Shown piece by piece: positions 26,604-37,200 of a stretch of 64,000 nt of DNA. The notes beneath the pieces were generated by a model. The model was not told where the DNA came from. It made no database searches and saw nothing but the letters and a program-made list of their open reading frames with translations. Made by a program: the position numbers and the translations under genes. This DNA is from an uncultured Candidatus Saccharibacteria bacterium (GTDB lineage Bacteria > Patescibacteriota > Minisyncoccia > Phycocordibacterales > UBA5272), in contig CAZFBW010000001.1 in assembly GCA_964517625.1 (NCBI GenBank), positions 40,319-104,318 on the forward strand, in the 5' to 3' direction. The first letter of the stretch is position 1, and every line of letters starts with the position of its first letter.

Positions 26604-27395
26604 TTATTTCCCGCTCATTTCTTTCTCCCACTGTTCCAATTTCTTTGCAACTGCGTATCTACGTGAAGGAATCCATTCACGAAGCAAAACGTTACGACTT
26701 CCTTTCGTGTGTTGTGGGGTTGCTTCCAAATCTTTTCCTTTCCACAGTTCAAGCGCGATGCGCAAGAGCTCAACCTCAGCACGGTTATTCAAATCTTGGA
26801 AACATTCTTTTGGTGGAATCGTTATGTCCGCATGAAGTGTGGCAAGCATGTCGCCCGTGTCCACTTTTTCGTGCAAATAGTGAATAGTTGCACCAATATT
26901 CTCTCTTTCATCATGAAGCACGGCAAAGTGGTTCGCAACTGCTCCTCGGTAGTGTTCTCCCAAGCCCATGTGCAAATTGATTGCATGTCTTGCCAGTCTA
27001 AAAATACGTGGTTCAATCACAGCTGTTCCCCAGATAACAAGTAGGCGAGGTTTTAGTTTTTTTAACAGTTCGTACACTTCCTCGCTATTTACGGAATCCA
27101 CCTCAAGAACTTTTGGAATGTATTGAAGACCTCGTTCTTTTTTATCGCGAATGCGGAAGTATTGCAGGTAGTGTTTTGCTTTTTTGCTTAAACGAAGGAG
27201 AAGGGCGTACAGCAGTTCGCGTGGAACACATTTCCAACCAACCGTTTTTGCAATATTGGAAAGTGTCTTTGTTAAGGGTACTTGTTTTGGTTTTTGAATG
27301 ATGACGTATGATACCCCATTCTGGGTTTGTTTGTGGAGGAGGTTGCCGAATTCTATTTTTTGGCTTCCAGGAATGGTTATAAAGACGATACTCAT
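26604..27395 (-). CDS. Formyltransferase family protein (Fmt/ArnA N-domain-like)
   Basis: Formyl_trans_N pattern: …AINLHMGLGEHYRGAV…HYLHEKVDTGDMLA (catalytic N/H/D). Confidence 0.6.
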   Translation of the reverse strand: MSIVFITIPGSQKIEFGNLLHKQTQNGVSYVIIQKPKQVPLTKTLSNIAKTVGWKCVPRELLYALLLRLSKKAKHYLQYFRIRDKKERGLQYIPKVLEVDSVNSEEVYELLKKLKPRLLVIWGTAVIEPRIFRLARHAINLHMGLGEHYRGAVANHFAVLHDERENIGATIHYLHEKVDTGDMLATLHADITIPPKECFQDLNNRAEVELLRIALELWKGKDLEATPQHTKGSRNVLLREWIPSRRYAVAKKLEQWEKEMSGK

Positions 27396-27517
27396 AGGGT
27401 TTCGGTTGGGAAGATATAGAATCAGTCCAAAACAAGTCTGTGTTGGCTTGATAGTTTTTAGTATACAGTACGAAGGGAAATCGGGAAGTATTTACTTTTT
27501 CTAAACTGGTCTGTATT

Positions 27518-27826
27518 ATGGCTGTAATGTTGCCTTTTTCTACTGCGCGAGCAGTTTTATTTTTTTTCTTTCTTTGGCACGCTTTTCGGGTGTTTGTATT
27601 TTCTCTTACGACATTCATATTTTGGCTCATATCGTTTTCTTATGTAAAGATGCTCTTTTGGAGACTTCTTGTAGCGGGGATTGTGGCATTGTTCGGATTT
27701 ATCCTTACACCGGTTGCGTGGTGGATTATTTTTGCAATTGCTTTTTTTATTCCGAACCTAGCCTTAGGCATTGCTCTACCTCTTTATTTTCTAGCACTCG
27801 TCATCAACCTCACCCACTTCGGGTAA
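27518..27826 (+). CDS. Hypothetical small membrane protein (3 TM helices)
   Basis: 102-aa hydrophobic ORF. Confidence 0.4.
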   Translation: MAVMLPFSTARAVLFFFFLWHAFRVFVFSLTTFIFWLISFSYVKMLFWRLLVAGIVALFGFILTPVAWWIIFAIAFFIPNLALGIALPLYFLALVINLTHFG

Positions 27827-27837
27827 AGTAAAAATCC

Positions 27838-27866
27838 TTGACAGGAAAGGAAATTTCTGCTATACT
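27838..27866 (+). promoter_or_regulatory. Sigma70 promoter TTGACA-17-TATACT with a 100-nt leader for the DEAD-box helicase gene
   Basis: Consensus hexamers. The long 5' UTR is typical of cold-shock helicase genes. Confidence 0.6.
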
Positions 27867-27972
27867 TGTACTATTATTCTCGTGTTGTTTGTATATCATG
27901 CTATTGCCTGACATCTTGTAGGCGCTTATGTGTGGTAAACAAAACGCCACAAATAAGTAAAAAATAAACATA

Positions 27973-29334
27973 ATGTACACCATTACAACTGGTGGGTCAG
28001 GTACTGACTCACACCAATCATCTCGTTTTCGTTCACGTGCACCAAAAGGAGGCTCTTCAGGGGGTTCTTCACGCCAGGCAACTTCTGGTCGTTCTTTTTC
28101 ATCATCACCACGAAGTGGTGGGTATTCTTCACGCGGTAGATTTAGCCGTGGCGGAGGGGGAGGAGCTCCAAAGCCATTTAATGCTAAGCGTTCATTTAAA
28201 AAAGATTACATCGATGAAAATCTTTTCGTTAATAAGCAAGTAACTGTTGCTGAAGCAATTGACTACAAGCCATCAAATACGTTTTCAGATTTCAATGTTG
28301 CACCACAACTTCTTGCTAATCTCATCGCAAAAGGACTCAATAACCCATCTCCTGTTCAAGACCAAGCAATTCCTGTTGCTCTCGAAGGCAAAGACGTTAT
28401 TGGTATTGCATCAACAGGAACCGGAAAGACGGCGGCATTTCTCATTCCACTCATTAACAAACTTGTTGCGAATAATGACCACAAGATTTTAATTCTTACT
28501 CCAACGCGTGAACTCGCGCTTCAAGTAGAAGCGGAATTCATGGCGTTTACTCGTGGCATGAAACTTTTCTCTGTTGCGTGTGTTGGTGGAGCACCAATTA
28601 TGCGCCAAATTAAAGAACTTGAACTCGGTGTTCATGCTGTCATTGGTACGCCAGGACGCGTGAAGGACTTAGTAGAACGAGGAAAAATAAAACTTGCTTT
28701 CTTTGATAGTGTTGTGCTCGACGAAGCAGACCGTATGCTTGATATGGGATTCATTGACGACATGCGTAGCATTTTGTCTAAAATGCCACAATCAAAGCAA
28801 AGTCTCTTCTTCTCTGCGACATTTTCAAAAGAAATTAAGGCACTTTGTTCTGATTTCATGAACAATCCAGTGACTGTTTCTATCAAAACTCGTGACACAG
28901 CGTCATCTGTTTCTCAAGATGTTGTACGCGCAGGAACTGATGCTGAAAAAATTGAAGCGCTTCACGAAATTCTTCTTCGTCCTGAGGCAAAGAAAGTTCT
29001 TATCTTCCGCGAAATGAAGCGTCACACTGATAAGCTTGCTGAAGAATTAACTGCTCGTGGTTTCAAGGCGCTCGCTCTTCATGGTGACATGCACAACCGC
29101 GAACGTGAACGTGCTGTAAAAGCACTTACCACAGGAAGAGTACAAGTTGTGATTGCAACAGACGTTGCTGCGCGCGGTATTGATATTCCAGATATTTCAC
29201 TCGTGATTAATTACGATATTCCAAATAATTACGAAACGTACATTCACCGCATTGGCCGAACAGGTCGTGGAACCAAGCTTGGTTTTGCGCTCACGTTTGT
29301 ACCAAACAAAGGAGGATACGGAAGAAGGGGATAG
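27973..29334 (+). CDS. DEAD-box ATP-dependent RNA helicase with an N-terminal Ser/Gly/Arg-rich low-complexity region
   Basis: Q-motif, AxTGTGKT, DEAD and SAT motifs; the first about 70 aa are SGR-rich. Confidence 0.85.
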   Translation: MYTITTGGSGTDSHQSSRFRSRAPKGGSSGGSSRQATSGRSFSSSPRSGGYSSRGRFSRGGGGGAPKPFNAKRSFKKDYIDENLFVNKQVTVAEAIDYKPSNTFSDFNVAPQLLANLIAKGLNNPSPVQDQAIPVALEGKDVIGIASTGTGKTAAFLIPLINKLVANNDHKILILTPTRELALQVEAEFMAFTRGMKLFSVACVGGAPIMRQIKELELGVHAVIGTPGRVKDLVERGKIKLAFFDSVVLDEADRMLDMGFIDDMRSILSKMPQSKQSLFFSATFSKEIKALCSDFMNNPVTVSIKTRDTASSVSQDVVRAGTDAEKIEALHEILLRPEAKKVLIFREMKRHTDKLAEELTARGFKALALHGDMHNRERERAVKALTTGRVQVVIATDVAARGIDIPDISLVINYDIPNNYETYIHRIGRTGRGTKLGFALTFVPNKGGYGRRG

Positions 29335-29592
29335 ATACACAGAAAAAAGCAAGAAAAACGGCGCCGAAAGTGCCGTTTTTCTGTTGTTCCTTTGCAAAAA
29401 TAAATGATTGCGGTATAGTAAAAATATTCGAGAGCAAGGCAGTTTTGGTTGTCACAATTTTATGTGTTGTTTGTATGGTGCGATTTGTGTTTATTTTGAT
29501 TTTTTGTGTTCCTGTATTGAAGTGTTTAACTAATTATGAATAACTCCCGCCAGAGGCGGGTCCGCCCCCGGCGGAAATTGTTACCTACCATG

Positions 29593-30129
29593 TCACACCT
29601 TAAAGAAAATGACCGATTACCAGATGTAGTATTTAAGACTCGCGTTCGCGATGAATCAATTAAAGATGAAAATCCATTTCGTTGGCAAGACAGAACAACA
29701 GCCGAACTTTTTGGTGGAAAGAAAGTTGTTGTGTTTTCTCTTCCCGGCGCATTCACACCAACGTGTTCTTCAACACACTTGCCAGGATATGAATCAAAGT
29801 ATGAAGAATTGAAGGCACTTGGTGTTGATTCCGTGATTTGTCTTTCTGTAAATGATGCATTCGTTATGTTCCAGTGGGCAAAGAATTTGGGTGTAAGTAA
29901 GGTATTCATGCTTCCGGATGGAAATGCAGAATTTACAAAAGGCATGGGTATGCTTGTGAAGAAAGAAAATCTTGGCTTCGGCGACCGCTCATGGCGCTAC
30001 TCAATGTATGTTGAAGATGGCGTTATCAAAAAAATGTTTGTTGAACCGGGAATGATGGACAACTGTCCAGATGATCCGTTTGAAGTGTCTGATGTTGATA
30101 CGATGCTTGCGTATCTAAAGAGTAAGTAA
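29593..30129 (+). CDS. Peroxiredoxin (Prx5-like)
   Basis: PGAFTPTCS peroxidatic-cysteine motif on a thioredoxin fold; terminator at 30135..30172. Confidence 0.8.
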   Translation, partial: SHLKENDRLPDVVFKTRVRDESIKDENPFRWQDRTTAELFGGKKVVVFSLPGAFTPTCSSTHLPGYESKYEELKALGVDSVICLSVNDAFVMFQWAKNLGVSKVFMLPDGNAEFTKGMGMLVKKENLGFGDRSWRYSMYVEDGVIKKMFVEPGMMDNCPDDPFEVSDVDTMLAYLKSK

Positions 30130-30194
30130 ATGATTATAAAAAATATGCACCAAAATGGTGCATATTTTTTATGTGCTACACTTAGCCGATTGTT

Positions 30195-30917
30195 ATGCTT
30201 GCTCTTGATATTAAAAATCTTCATAAGAAATACAGGGATGGACCAGTTGCTGTCCATAATGTAACCCTTCAAATTAATAAGGGTGATTTTTTTGCTCTCC
30301 TTGGTCCAAACGGCGCTGGTAAATCTTCACTTATTGGTATGGTGTGCGGTCTTGTGCAAAAAACCTCAGGAACAGTTATTGTGCAAGGGCACAATATCGA
30401 TACTGATGGTGATAATGCGAAACTCACCGTTGGACTGGTTCCGCAAGAATTTAATTTTAGTATTTTTGAAGCAGTTGAAGATATTTTGTTTACACAAGCA
30501 GGGTACTATGGACTTTCACGAAAAGAAGTTGGCGCACATATTGAAATGCTTTTGAAGAAGCTTGGTCTTTATGAAAAAAGAAAAGTAAAAGCCATGACGC
30601 TTTCTGGTGGGATGAAAAGACGCCTCATGATTGCTCGCGCCTTAGTTCACAAACCAACACTTCTTTTTTTGGACGAACCTACTGCGGGGGTGGATGTTGA
30701 ACTTCGTCTTGAGATGTACGAATTTTTACGCGACCTTAATGCAAGTGGTGTGACAATTATTCTCACAACTCATTACTTAGAAGAAGCGGAGAAATTGTGT
30801 AAACGTGTTGCTATTATTCACAAAGGAAATATTGCAAACATCGGAACGCTTGCAGAAATAACCGGAGGGAGGGGACTGGAAGAGGTTTATTTGGAATTAA
30901 CAAATACAAAACAATAA
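30195..30917 (+). CDS. ABC transporter ATP-binding protein
   Basis: Walker A GPNGAGKSS, signature LSGGMKRR and Walker B LLFLDEPT. Confidence 0.85.
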   Translation: MLALDIKNLHKKYRDGPVAVHNVTLQINKGDFFALLGPNGAGKSSLIGMVCGLVQKTSGTVIVQGHNIDTDGDNAKLTVGLVPQEFNFSIFEAVEDILFTQAGYYGLSRKEVGAHIEMLLKKLGLYEKRKVKAMTLSGGMKRRLMIARALVHKPTLLFLDEPTAGVDVELRLEMYEFLRDLNASGVTIILTTHYLEEAEKLCKRVAIIHKGNIANIGTLAEITGGRGLEEVYLELTNTKQ

Positions 30918-30918
30918 T

Positions 30919-31692
30919 ATGAACGGACGACAACTCTTCACCGCATATATGACCATTGTAAGAAAAGAGGTGGTTCGTTTTTTGCGCATTTGGCCACAAA
31001 CATTTCTTCCTTCAGTAATTACAACCGTTCTCTACTTTTTAATTTTTGGAACATTTATCGGTTCTCAAATTGGAGCAATTGGCGGTGTATCGTATATGGC
31101 CTTCATTGTGCCTGGTCTTGTGATGATGGCGATTTTAAACGGAGCGTTTCAAAATATTGCATTCTCATTCTTTCAACTTAAGTTTATGAAAACAATAGAA
31201 GAAATTCTTGTTTCTCCGATGCCTGCATGGACGGTGGTGCTCGGGTATGTAACAGGGGCGCTTCTACGTGGTTTGGTTATAGGGTTACTTGTATTTCTCT
31301 CAGCATTTATCTTTGAAGTAATTCCTGTTGTACATCCATTTCTTGCAATTTTGATTGCTTCCACTACTGCAATTCTGTTTGCGTTAGCTGGGCTCATTAA
31401 CGCAATTTATGCAAAAGGGTTTGATGGTATTAATATTGTTCCGACGTTTGTGATTATGCCACTTACCTATTTGGGGGGTGTGTTTTATTCGCTTTCACTT
31501 CTTCCGCCGGTGTGGCAAGTGATTTCTCATTTTAATCCTGTGCTCTACATGATTAGTGCCTTTAGATACAGTATTTTAGGATTTTCTGATGTTCCATTTG
31601 CAACAGCAATAACTGTATTGTTTGGTTGCGCTGCTTTTCTTTTTGGTTGGGTACTGTATCTTTTTAAAACAGGAAGAGGTTTGAAAAATTAA
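30919..31692 (+). CDS. ABC-2 type transporter permease
   Basis: Six-TM permease immediately downstream of the ATPase. Confidence 0.75.
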   Translation: MNGRQLFTAYMTIVRKEVVRFLRIWPQTFLPSVITTVLYFLIFGTFIGSQIGAIGGVSYMAFIVPGLVMMAILNGAFQNIAFSFFQLKFMKTIEEILVSPMPAWTVVLGYVTGALLRGLVIGLLVFLSAFIFEVIPVVHPFLAILIASTTAILFALAGLINAIYAKGFDGINIVPTFVIMPLTYLGGVFYSLSLLPPVWQVISHFNPVLYMISAFRYSILGFSDVPFATAITVLFGCAAFLFGWVLYLFKTGRGLKN

Positions 31693-31730
31693 GAAATTGT
31701 AAGGTGGCATATTTTGGTATACTCCACCTC

Positions 31731-32324
31731 ATGAACAAGAAAGAGGAGATTAAGAAAATCCGGCATGAAATCATTAATCTGAAAGAGTCTCCTTTATATA
31801 TCTATCGCACAGAAAACAAGTATTTTTCTGTTATCGGTGAGGGGTCGTATGATGCCCACATTATTTTTGTAGGTGAAGCACCAGGAAAGAAAGAAGCAGA
31901 GACTGGGAAACCATTTTGCGGACGTTCGGGTAAATTTTTAGATGAAATGCTTGCTTCTATTTCACTTACCCGAGAAAACGTGTATATAACGAATCTCGTA
32001 CATGATCGCCCGCAAGAGAATCGTGATCCGACGAAGGAAGAAATCGCACTCTATGCACCGTTTTTGGATAGACAGATTGAAATCATTAAACCGCGTGTAA
32101 TTGTCATGCTCGGTCGTCATAGTATGAATTATCTTTTTAAGCGTGCAGGTATTGAAGAAAAATTATTACCGATTAGCAAGATGCATGGACAATTGTTTGA
32201 AGGGGATTTTGGATACGGAAAGGTAAAACTTCTGCCACTGTATCATCCAGCGGTAGCTCTCTATAACGGAGGAATGAAAAAAACACTGCTTGATGACTTT
32301 CAGAAATTAAAAATTTTTAGCTAA
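31731..32324 (+). CDS. Uracil-DNA glycosylase, family 4-like
   Basis: GEAPG…E…GKPFCGRSGKFL motif. Confidence 0.7.
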   Translation: MNKKEEIKKIRHEIINLKESPLYIYRTENKYFSVIGEGSYDAHIIFVGEAPGKKEAETGKPFCGRSGKFLDEMLASISLTRENVYITNLVHDRPQENRDPTKEEIALYAPFLDRQIEIIKPRVIVMLGRHSMNYLFKRAGIEEKLLPISKMHGQLFEGDFGYGKVKLLPLYHPAVALYNGGMKKTLLDDFQKLKIFS

Positions 32325-32353
32325 AAAACCAAGTAAAATCAATGTAAAATACA

Positions 32354-32382
32354 TTGACAAATAAACATTTTTATGATATAAT
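32354..32382 (+). promoter_or_regulatory. Consensus sigma70 promoter TTGACA-17-TATAAT
   Basis: Perfect hexamers. About 110-nt leader with a hairpin (tcctga/tcagga) and a Shine-Dalgarno site (AAGGAGAA) before the ATG at 32502. Confidence 0.7.
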
Positions 32383-32501
32383 ACGCTTGTTTCCAAGTAA
32401 TTGATTAGGGAACACGCAGTTCGTTGTAAGTAAGAGTTGGTTTGATAATCCTGAAATTTCTCAGGACTCTGCCAATCCTTGCACCCAAAAAGGAGAAGTT
32501 T

Positions 32502-33380
32502 ATGAACAAGGACATGCCGAAGCTTAACCACTTCACGGAGCGTCGATCCTTCCTGCTTGCGCAGGTCAACGCAACGGAGACGAGCGGTGATGTCACCATC
32601 GACATCCCGCAAGATGCACTCGTTGCCACCAACAAGGAGGGTCGTAAGTTTTTCGAAGCTGACCCGATGAACAAAGGAATCTATCGCTGGCCAGCTGGTG
32701 GCGTGGGGCTCATCCTGGAACTGAACGACGCCAACATCCTTCTTGCAATTTATCGCGACAAGGATGCGCCGAGTTACGGTGGACACGATACGCTGTCCTC
32801 GGGTCTTGGTTCGAGTGTCCGCGAACTTCTCTACCCCCTGGAAACAGCGTGGAGAGAAGGAGCGGAAGAGCTCTGCATCACGACCCCGGACTCCGTCATC
32901 TGTCCAATTCCCGAAAACGACCACTTCGGTTTTGGAATTGAACTGTCGGAGGTGGTGCGCGGAACGGCAAACCTTTTCCCGGAACTCATCGAGAAGAAGG
33001 TCGTCGATGTTGCCACCACATTCCTTCCGCTTCGCGGGGAACGTGAAATCATCATCAACTACGCCGGCAAGCAACGTCGGTCCCGTGGTCTTGTGGTGTT
33101 TGATGCTGGATGCAATGGCATCGATATCATCAAGGCTGTCGTGGTCCCGGTCAACTGCTCGCTTTCCGAGCTCAAGGTGTACGATGGTGAGCTCGGTTCT
33201 GGAAGCAAGCCTGAGCCACTCAACAGGCGTGTGAATGCATACGCGCTTGACGGCAACTTCCGACCCTTGGGAGGCGGCATCATCGCTTCATGGATTCGCG
33301 GAGAACGGGTTGAAACGGAAACGAAACAAAACCCGATGACCCCGGTCCTCAAGGTTTTCTACGAAGCCCTTAATTGCTAA
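32502..33380 (+). CDS. Hypothetical protein encoded by a GC-rich gene (about 56% GC versus about 40% background)
   Basis: 292 aa with normal amino-acid composition. A Shine-Dalgarno site and a consensus promoter are present. The antisense strand carries long spurious ORFs, as expected for GC-rich DNA. Terminator at 33383..33428. Confidence 0.6.
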   Translation: MNKDMPKLNHFTERRSFLLAQVNATETSGDVTIDIPQDALVATNKEGRKFFEADPMNKGIYRWPAGGVGLILELNDANILLAIYRDKDAPSYGGHDTLSSGLGSSVRELLYPLETAWREGAEELCITTPDSVICPIPENDHFGFGIELSEVVRGTANLFPELIEKKVVDVATTFLPLRGEREIIINYAGKQRRSRGLVVFDAGCNGIDIIKAVVVPVNCSLSELKVYDGELGSGSKPEPLNRRVNAYALDGNFRPLGGGIIASWIRGERVETETKQNPMTPVLKVFYEALNC

Positions 33381-33419
33381 GGGCTTTCATGCACCCAACC
33401 AATTTCGGTTGGGTGTTTT

Positions 33420-33998
33420 TTATTTAGAAGCGCTTTTTTTCACTTTCTTCAAAAATTTTTCAAACATCTTGTCTGCTTTTTCTCCGCGGTATTTATCCAT
33501 CCATCCGCATACTTTAATATCGGTAACGTCAGCACCCGAGAATCCAAATACAGATATTTTCCAAAACGAGGCAAGGGGCATGAAGAACCATTCATTAATC
33601 CATCCTGGTCCGCCTGAAGTTGCAAAAACTTTTGCAGTTTTTCCTTCAAGATATTTTTGCAACTTTCCTTCAGGTGTGTATTTGTAGGTAATGCCTGGCC
33701 AGAAGGTTTGCTCAACCCAATTTTTCATAATAGAAGGAGGGGTTCCCCACCACACAGGATGAACGACAATAATTTCATCTGCCCATGTGATTTGTTCGTG
33801 GAATTTTTTCTGTACTTTATCAATCGGCCTATCTTTAATGAATTCAAAACGCATAAACGATGATTCATATTCTTTGTCGTAGAGATTAACAATTTGGACG
33901 TCGTGTTTTTTAGCGCGTTTTGTTTCCGCGTAGACTTCAGCAATGCGATGCGTGCGCCCCTTCGATGAAGGATGCGCTGTAACAATAAGAATGTTCAT
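33420..33998 (-). CDS. Flavodoxin-like fold NAD(P)H dehydrogenase (quinone)/FMN reductase family protein
   Basis: MNILIVTAHPS… N-terminal flavodoxin_2 signature plus the WW…GTPP motif. Confidence 0.7.
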   Translation of the reverse strand: MNILIVTAHPSSKGRTHRIAEVYAETKRAKKHDVQIVNLYDKEYESSFMRFEFIKDRPIDKVQKKFHEQITWADEIIVVHPVWWGTPPSIMKNWVEQTFWPGITYKYTPEGKLQKYLEGKTAKVFATSGGPGWINEWFFMPLASFWKISVFGFSGADVTDIKVCGWMDKYRGEKADKMFEKFLKKVKKSASK

Positions 33999-34102
33999 AG
34001 GAACAGTATATAGGTGTTAGGGACTAGGGACTAGTGGAAAAACGGTTGTTTTTCAATTAGCAGAAGGCTCGTACACCCCCACTTTACTAAAAAGTAGTCT
34101 TA

Positions 34103-34111
34103 TGGTATAAT
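34103..34111 (+). promoter_or_regulatory. Extended -10 promoter (TGgTATAAT) upstream of rpoB
   Basis: tggtataat with a weak -35 (tttact) 17 nt upstream. Confidence 0.5.
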
Positions 34112-34250
34112 CTCTCCCACATTGACCTCCGATTGAGTTTCGAAAGACAGGACAATAGTTTGGCCACTATTATCAAGGTTTGTAGGTATAACATATAATT
34201 TTTTCCAAAGAGATACGAGAGATCTCTCTGGGGAAGTCTTTCATTTTGAT

Positions 34251-37200
34251 ATGTCAAAAAACGCACGCAGTTTGCCCGTGAAAACGTTTGCAAAGTATCG
34301 GGAGCCGCTTACTAAATTACCAAATCTCGTCGAAAATCAAATTATTTCTTACAAGAACCTCGTTGGAGAGGGTATTGGAGAAATCTTCAAAGAATTTTCA
34401 CCAATCCGTGACTATTCAGAAAAGAAATTTGACCTCGAATTTCTATCATTCGAACTTTCTGCTCCAAAGTTTGATGAAGTGTATGCAAAGGAAAACAAGC
34501 TTACCTATGAAGCACCAATCCGCGCTCGTGTTAAGCTTTCCAACAAAATTTTAGGAACAGTTAAGGAACAGGAAATCTTTATGGCTGATTTTCCAGTCAT
34601 GACGGTTCACGGTACGTTCATCATCAACGGTGTTGAACGTGTGGTTGTTCCACAGCTTGCTCGTTCCTTCGGCGTTTTCTTTGATTCAGAAGAAAACAAA
34701 GGCAAGCGCTACTTCGGCGCGAAAATCATTCCTGCACGTGGTGTTTGGATTGAGCTTGGCAGTGAATCTGACGGTGGTATCTATGTGCGTATCGACAAAA
34801 AGCGTAAATTCTCAGCAATTGCGCTTCTTCGTGTTCTTGGACTCTCATCAGACGACCAAATCAAAAATGCATTCAAAGGCCATGCGACTGCAGAAGCTCT
34901 CATGACGACACTCGTTGATCGTGATGACATCAAGTCGCTTCACGATGCATATGTAGAAATTTATAAGCGTCTTCGTGACGGTGATTTAGCTACGCCTGAA
35001 AACGCAAAGGAATACATTGACTCGATTATTTCACCAGAACGTTACGACCTTTCTCCTGTTGGACGTTTTCGTTTTAACAAACGTTTCGGAAAGACACTCG
35101 AAGGAAAAGAAGCTCAGCGCCGAACACTCTCGAAAGAAGATTTGGTGGACATCATTACGCACATCATTGAATTAAACAACAACCCTAATGCACAGGAAGA
35201 CGATATTGACCACTTAGGTTCTCGTCGTGTGCGTTATGTGGGTGAAATGATGGGTGCTAAAATTCGTACCGGTATGATGCAGATGAAGCGCAACATTCAG
35301 GACAAAATGTCGGTTATCGATACTGATACGACACTCCCAATCTCAATCATTAACCAGCGTCCGCTTCAGGCTCGTATTAAAGAATTCTTTACGACCAACC
35401 AGCTTTCACAGTTTATGAACCAGGAAAACTTGCTTGCGGAAGTTGAACACTTGCGTACGCTTTCAGCTCTTGGTCCCGGAGGCCTTACTCGTGAACGCGC
35501 CGGTTTTGAAGTTCGTGACGTGCACACTTCACACTACGGTCGCGTGTGTCCAATCCACACTCCAGAAGGTCCAAACATTGGTCTTATTTTGCGTCTCTCG
35601 GTATATGCTCGTATCAACAGCTTCGGTATTATTGAAACACCGTACGTAAAAGTTGAGAAAGGAAAAATCACTAAAGAAATCGTGTACATGAACGCACTTG
35701 AAGAAGAGCGTTACATTATTGCGCACTCTGGAAACGATTATGACGAAGCAGGAAAGTTTACAAGCAAGCTCGTTGAAGCGCGCCGTGCAGGACAGCCAGC
35801 TCTTGTTACTCGCGAGGAAGTACAGTTTATTGATGTTGCTTCTAATCAAGCATTCTCTGTTGCAACGTCAATGATTCCATTCCTTGAACACGACGACGCA
35901 TCACGCGCGCTCATGGGTTCAAACATGCAGAAGCAAGCCGTTCCACTTATGCAACCAGAAGCACCTGTTGTAGCAACAGGTATGGAAGCAGAAGCGGCTC
36001 GTCACATTGGACGTCTCGTTATTGCAGAAGAAGCAGGTCTTGTGAAGTATGTAGATGCAAAGAAGATTATTATTAAAGGAGAAAAGAAGGAATATGAATA
36101 TCCTCTCCTTAATTTCATTAAGCCAAACGAATTTTCTGTTTTCCACCAGCGCCCAACCGTTTCAATCGGGGACAAGGTAAAGAAAGGACAGGTACTCGCT
36201 GATGCTGCAACCACAGCAAACGGACAAGTAGCACTTGGTCACAACATTCGCGTAGCGTTCATGGCATGGAATGGTGCGAACTATGAAGACGCCATCATTG
36301 TTTCAGAACGTCTTGTTCGTGAAAGTAAATTCTCATCGATTCACATCGAAGAGTTTGTTTGTAATGTGCGCGACACAAAGCTTGGGCCTGAAGTAACAAC
36401 ACACGACATTCCAAACGTTGGTGAATCAAAGCTTAAGAATCTCGACGAAGACGGTATCATTCGCATCGGTGCGGAAGTTCGTCCAGGTGACATTCTTGTA
36501 GGTAAAATTACACCAAAAGGTGAAACTGAACTTACTCCAGAAGAAAGACTTCTCCGTTCAATCTTCGGTGAAAAGGTTCGTGATGTGAAGGACTCTTCAC
36601 TTCGCCTTGATCACGGAAAGCGTGGTCGTATCATCGGTGTGAAAGTGTTCTCACGTGAACGTGGAGACAAACTCGAATCAGGTATCATCAAGCGCGTACA
36701 TATTGAAGTTGCACAAATCAGAAACATTTCTGTTGGTGACAAGCTTGCTGGTCGTCACGGTAACAAGGGTGTTATTTCAACCATCCTTCCAGTAGAAGAA
36801 ATGCCATACGATGAAAACGGTGAACCAATCGACATCATTCTGACACCACTTGGTGTTCCATCACGTATGAACCTAGGACAAATTCTTGAAATGCACCTAG
36901 GACTTGCGGCACACACGCTTGGCTATCAAGCAGTGGTCCCATCATTCCAGGGAGCATCTGAAACAGAAATTAAAGAAGAACTCGTTAAAGCGGGATTCGA
37001 CGCATCCGGAACCATGCAACTCTTTGATGGTCGTACTGGCGAAGCGTTTAATCAGAAGTCAGCCGTTGGTGTTATGTACATTATGAAACTTCACCACATG
37101 GTTGAAGATAAGATTCACATGCGTTCTATCGGTCCGTACTCACTCATTACGCAACAGCCACTTGGTGGAAAGGCGCAAGGCGGAGGTCAGCGTTTTGGAG

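Noticed and set aside
32307-33352. Minus-strand ORFs 32307..33074 and 33059..33352, and the plus-strand out-of-frame ORF 32743..33234
   Set aside because: They are antisense or alternate-frame artefacts of the GC-rich gene 32502..33380, which alone has a promoter, a Shine-Dalgarno site and normal composition.
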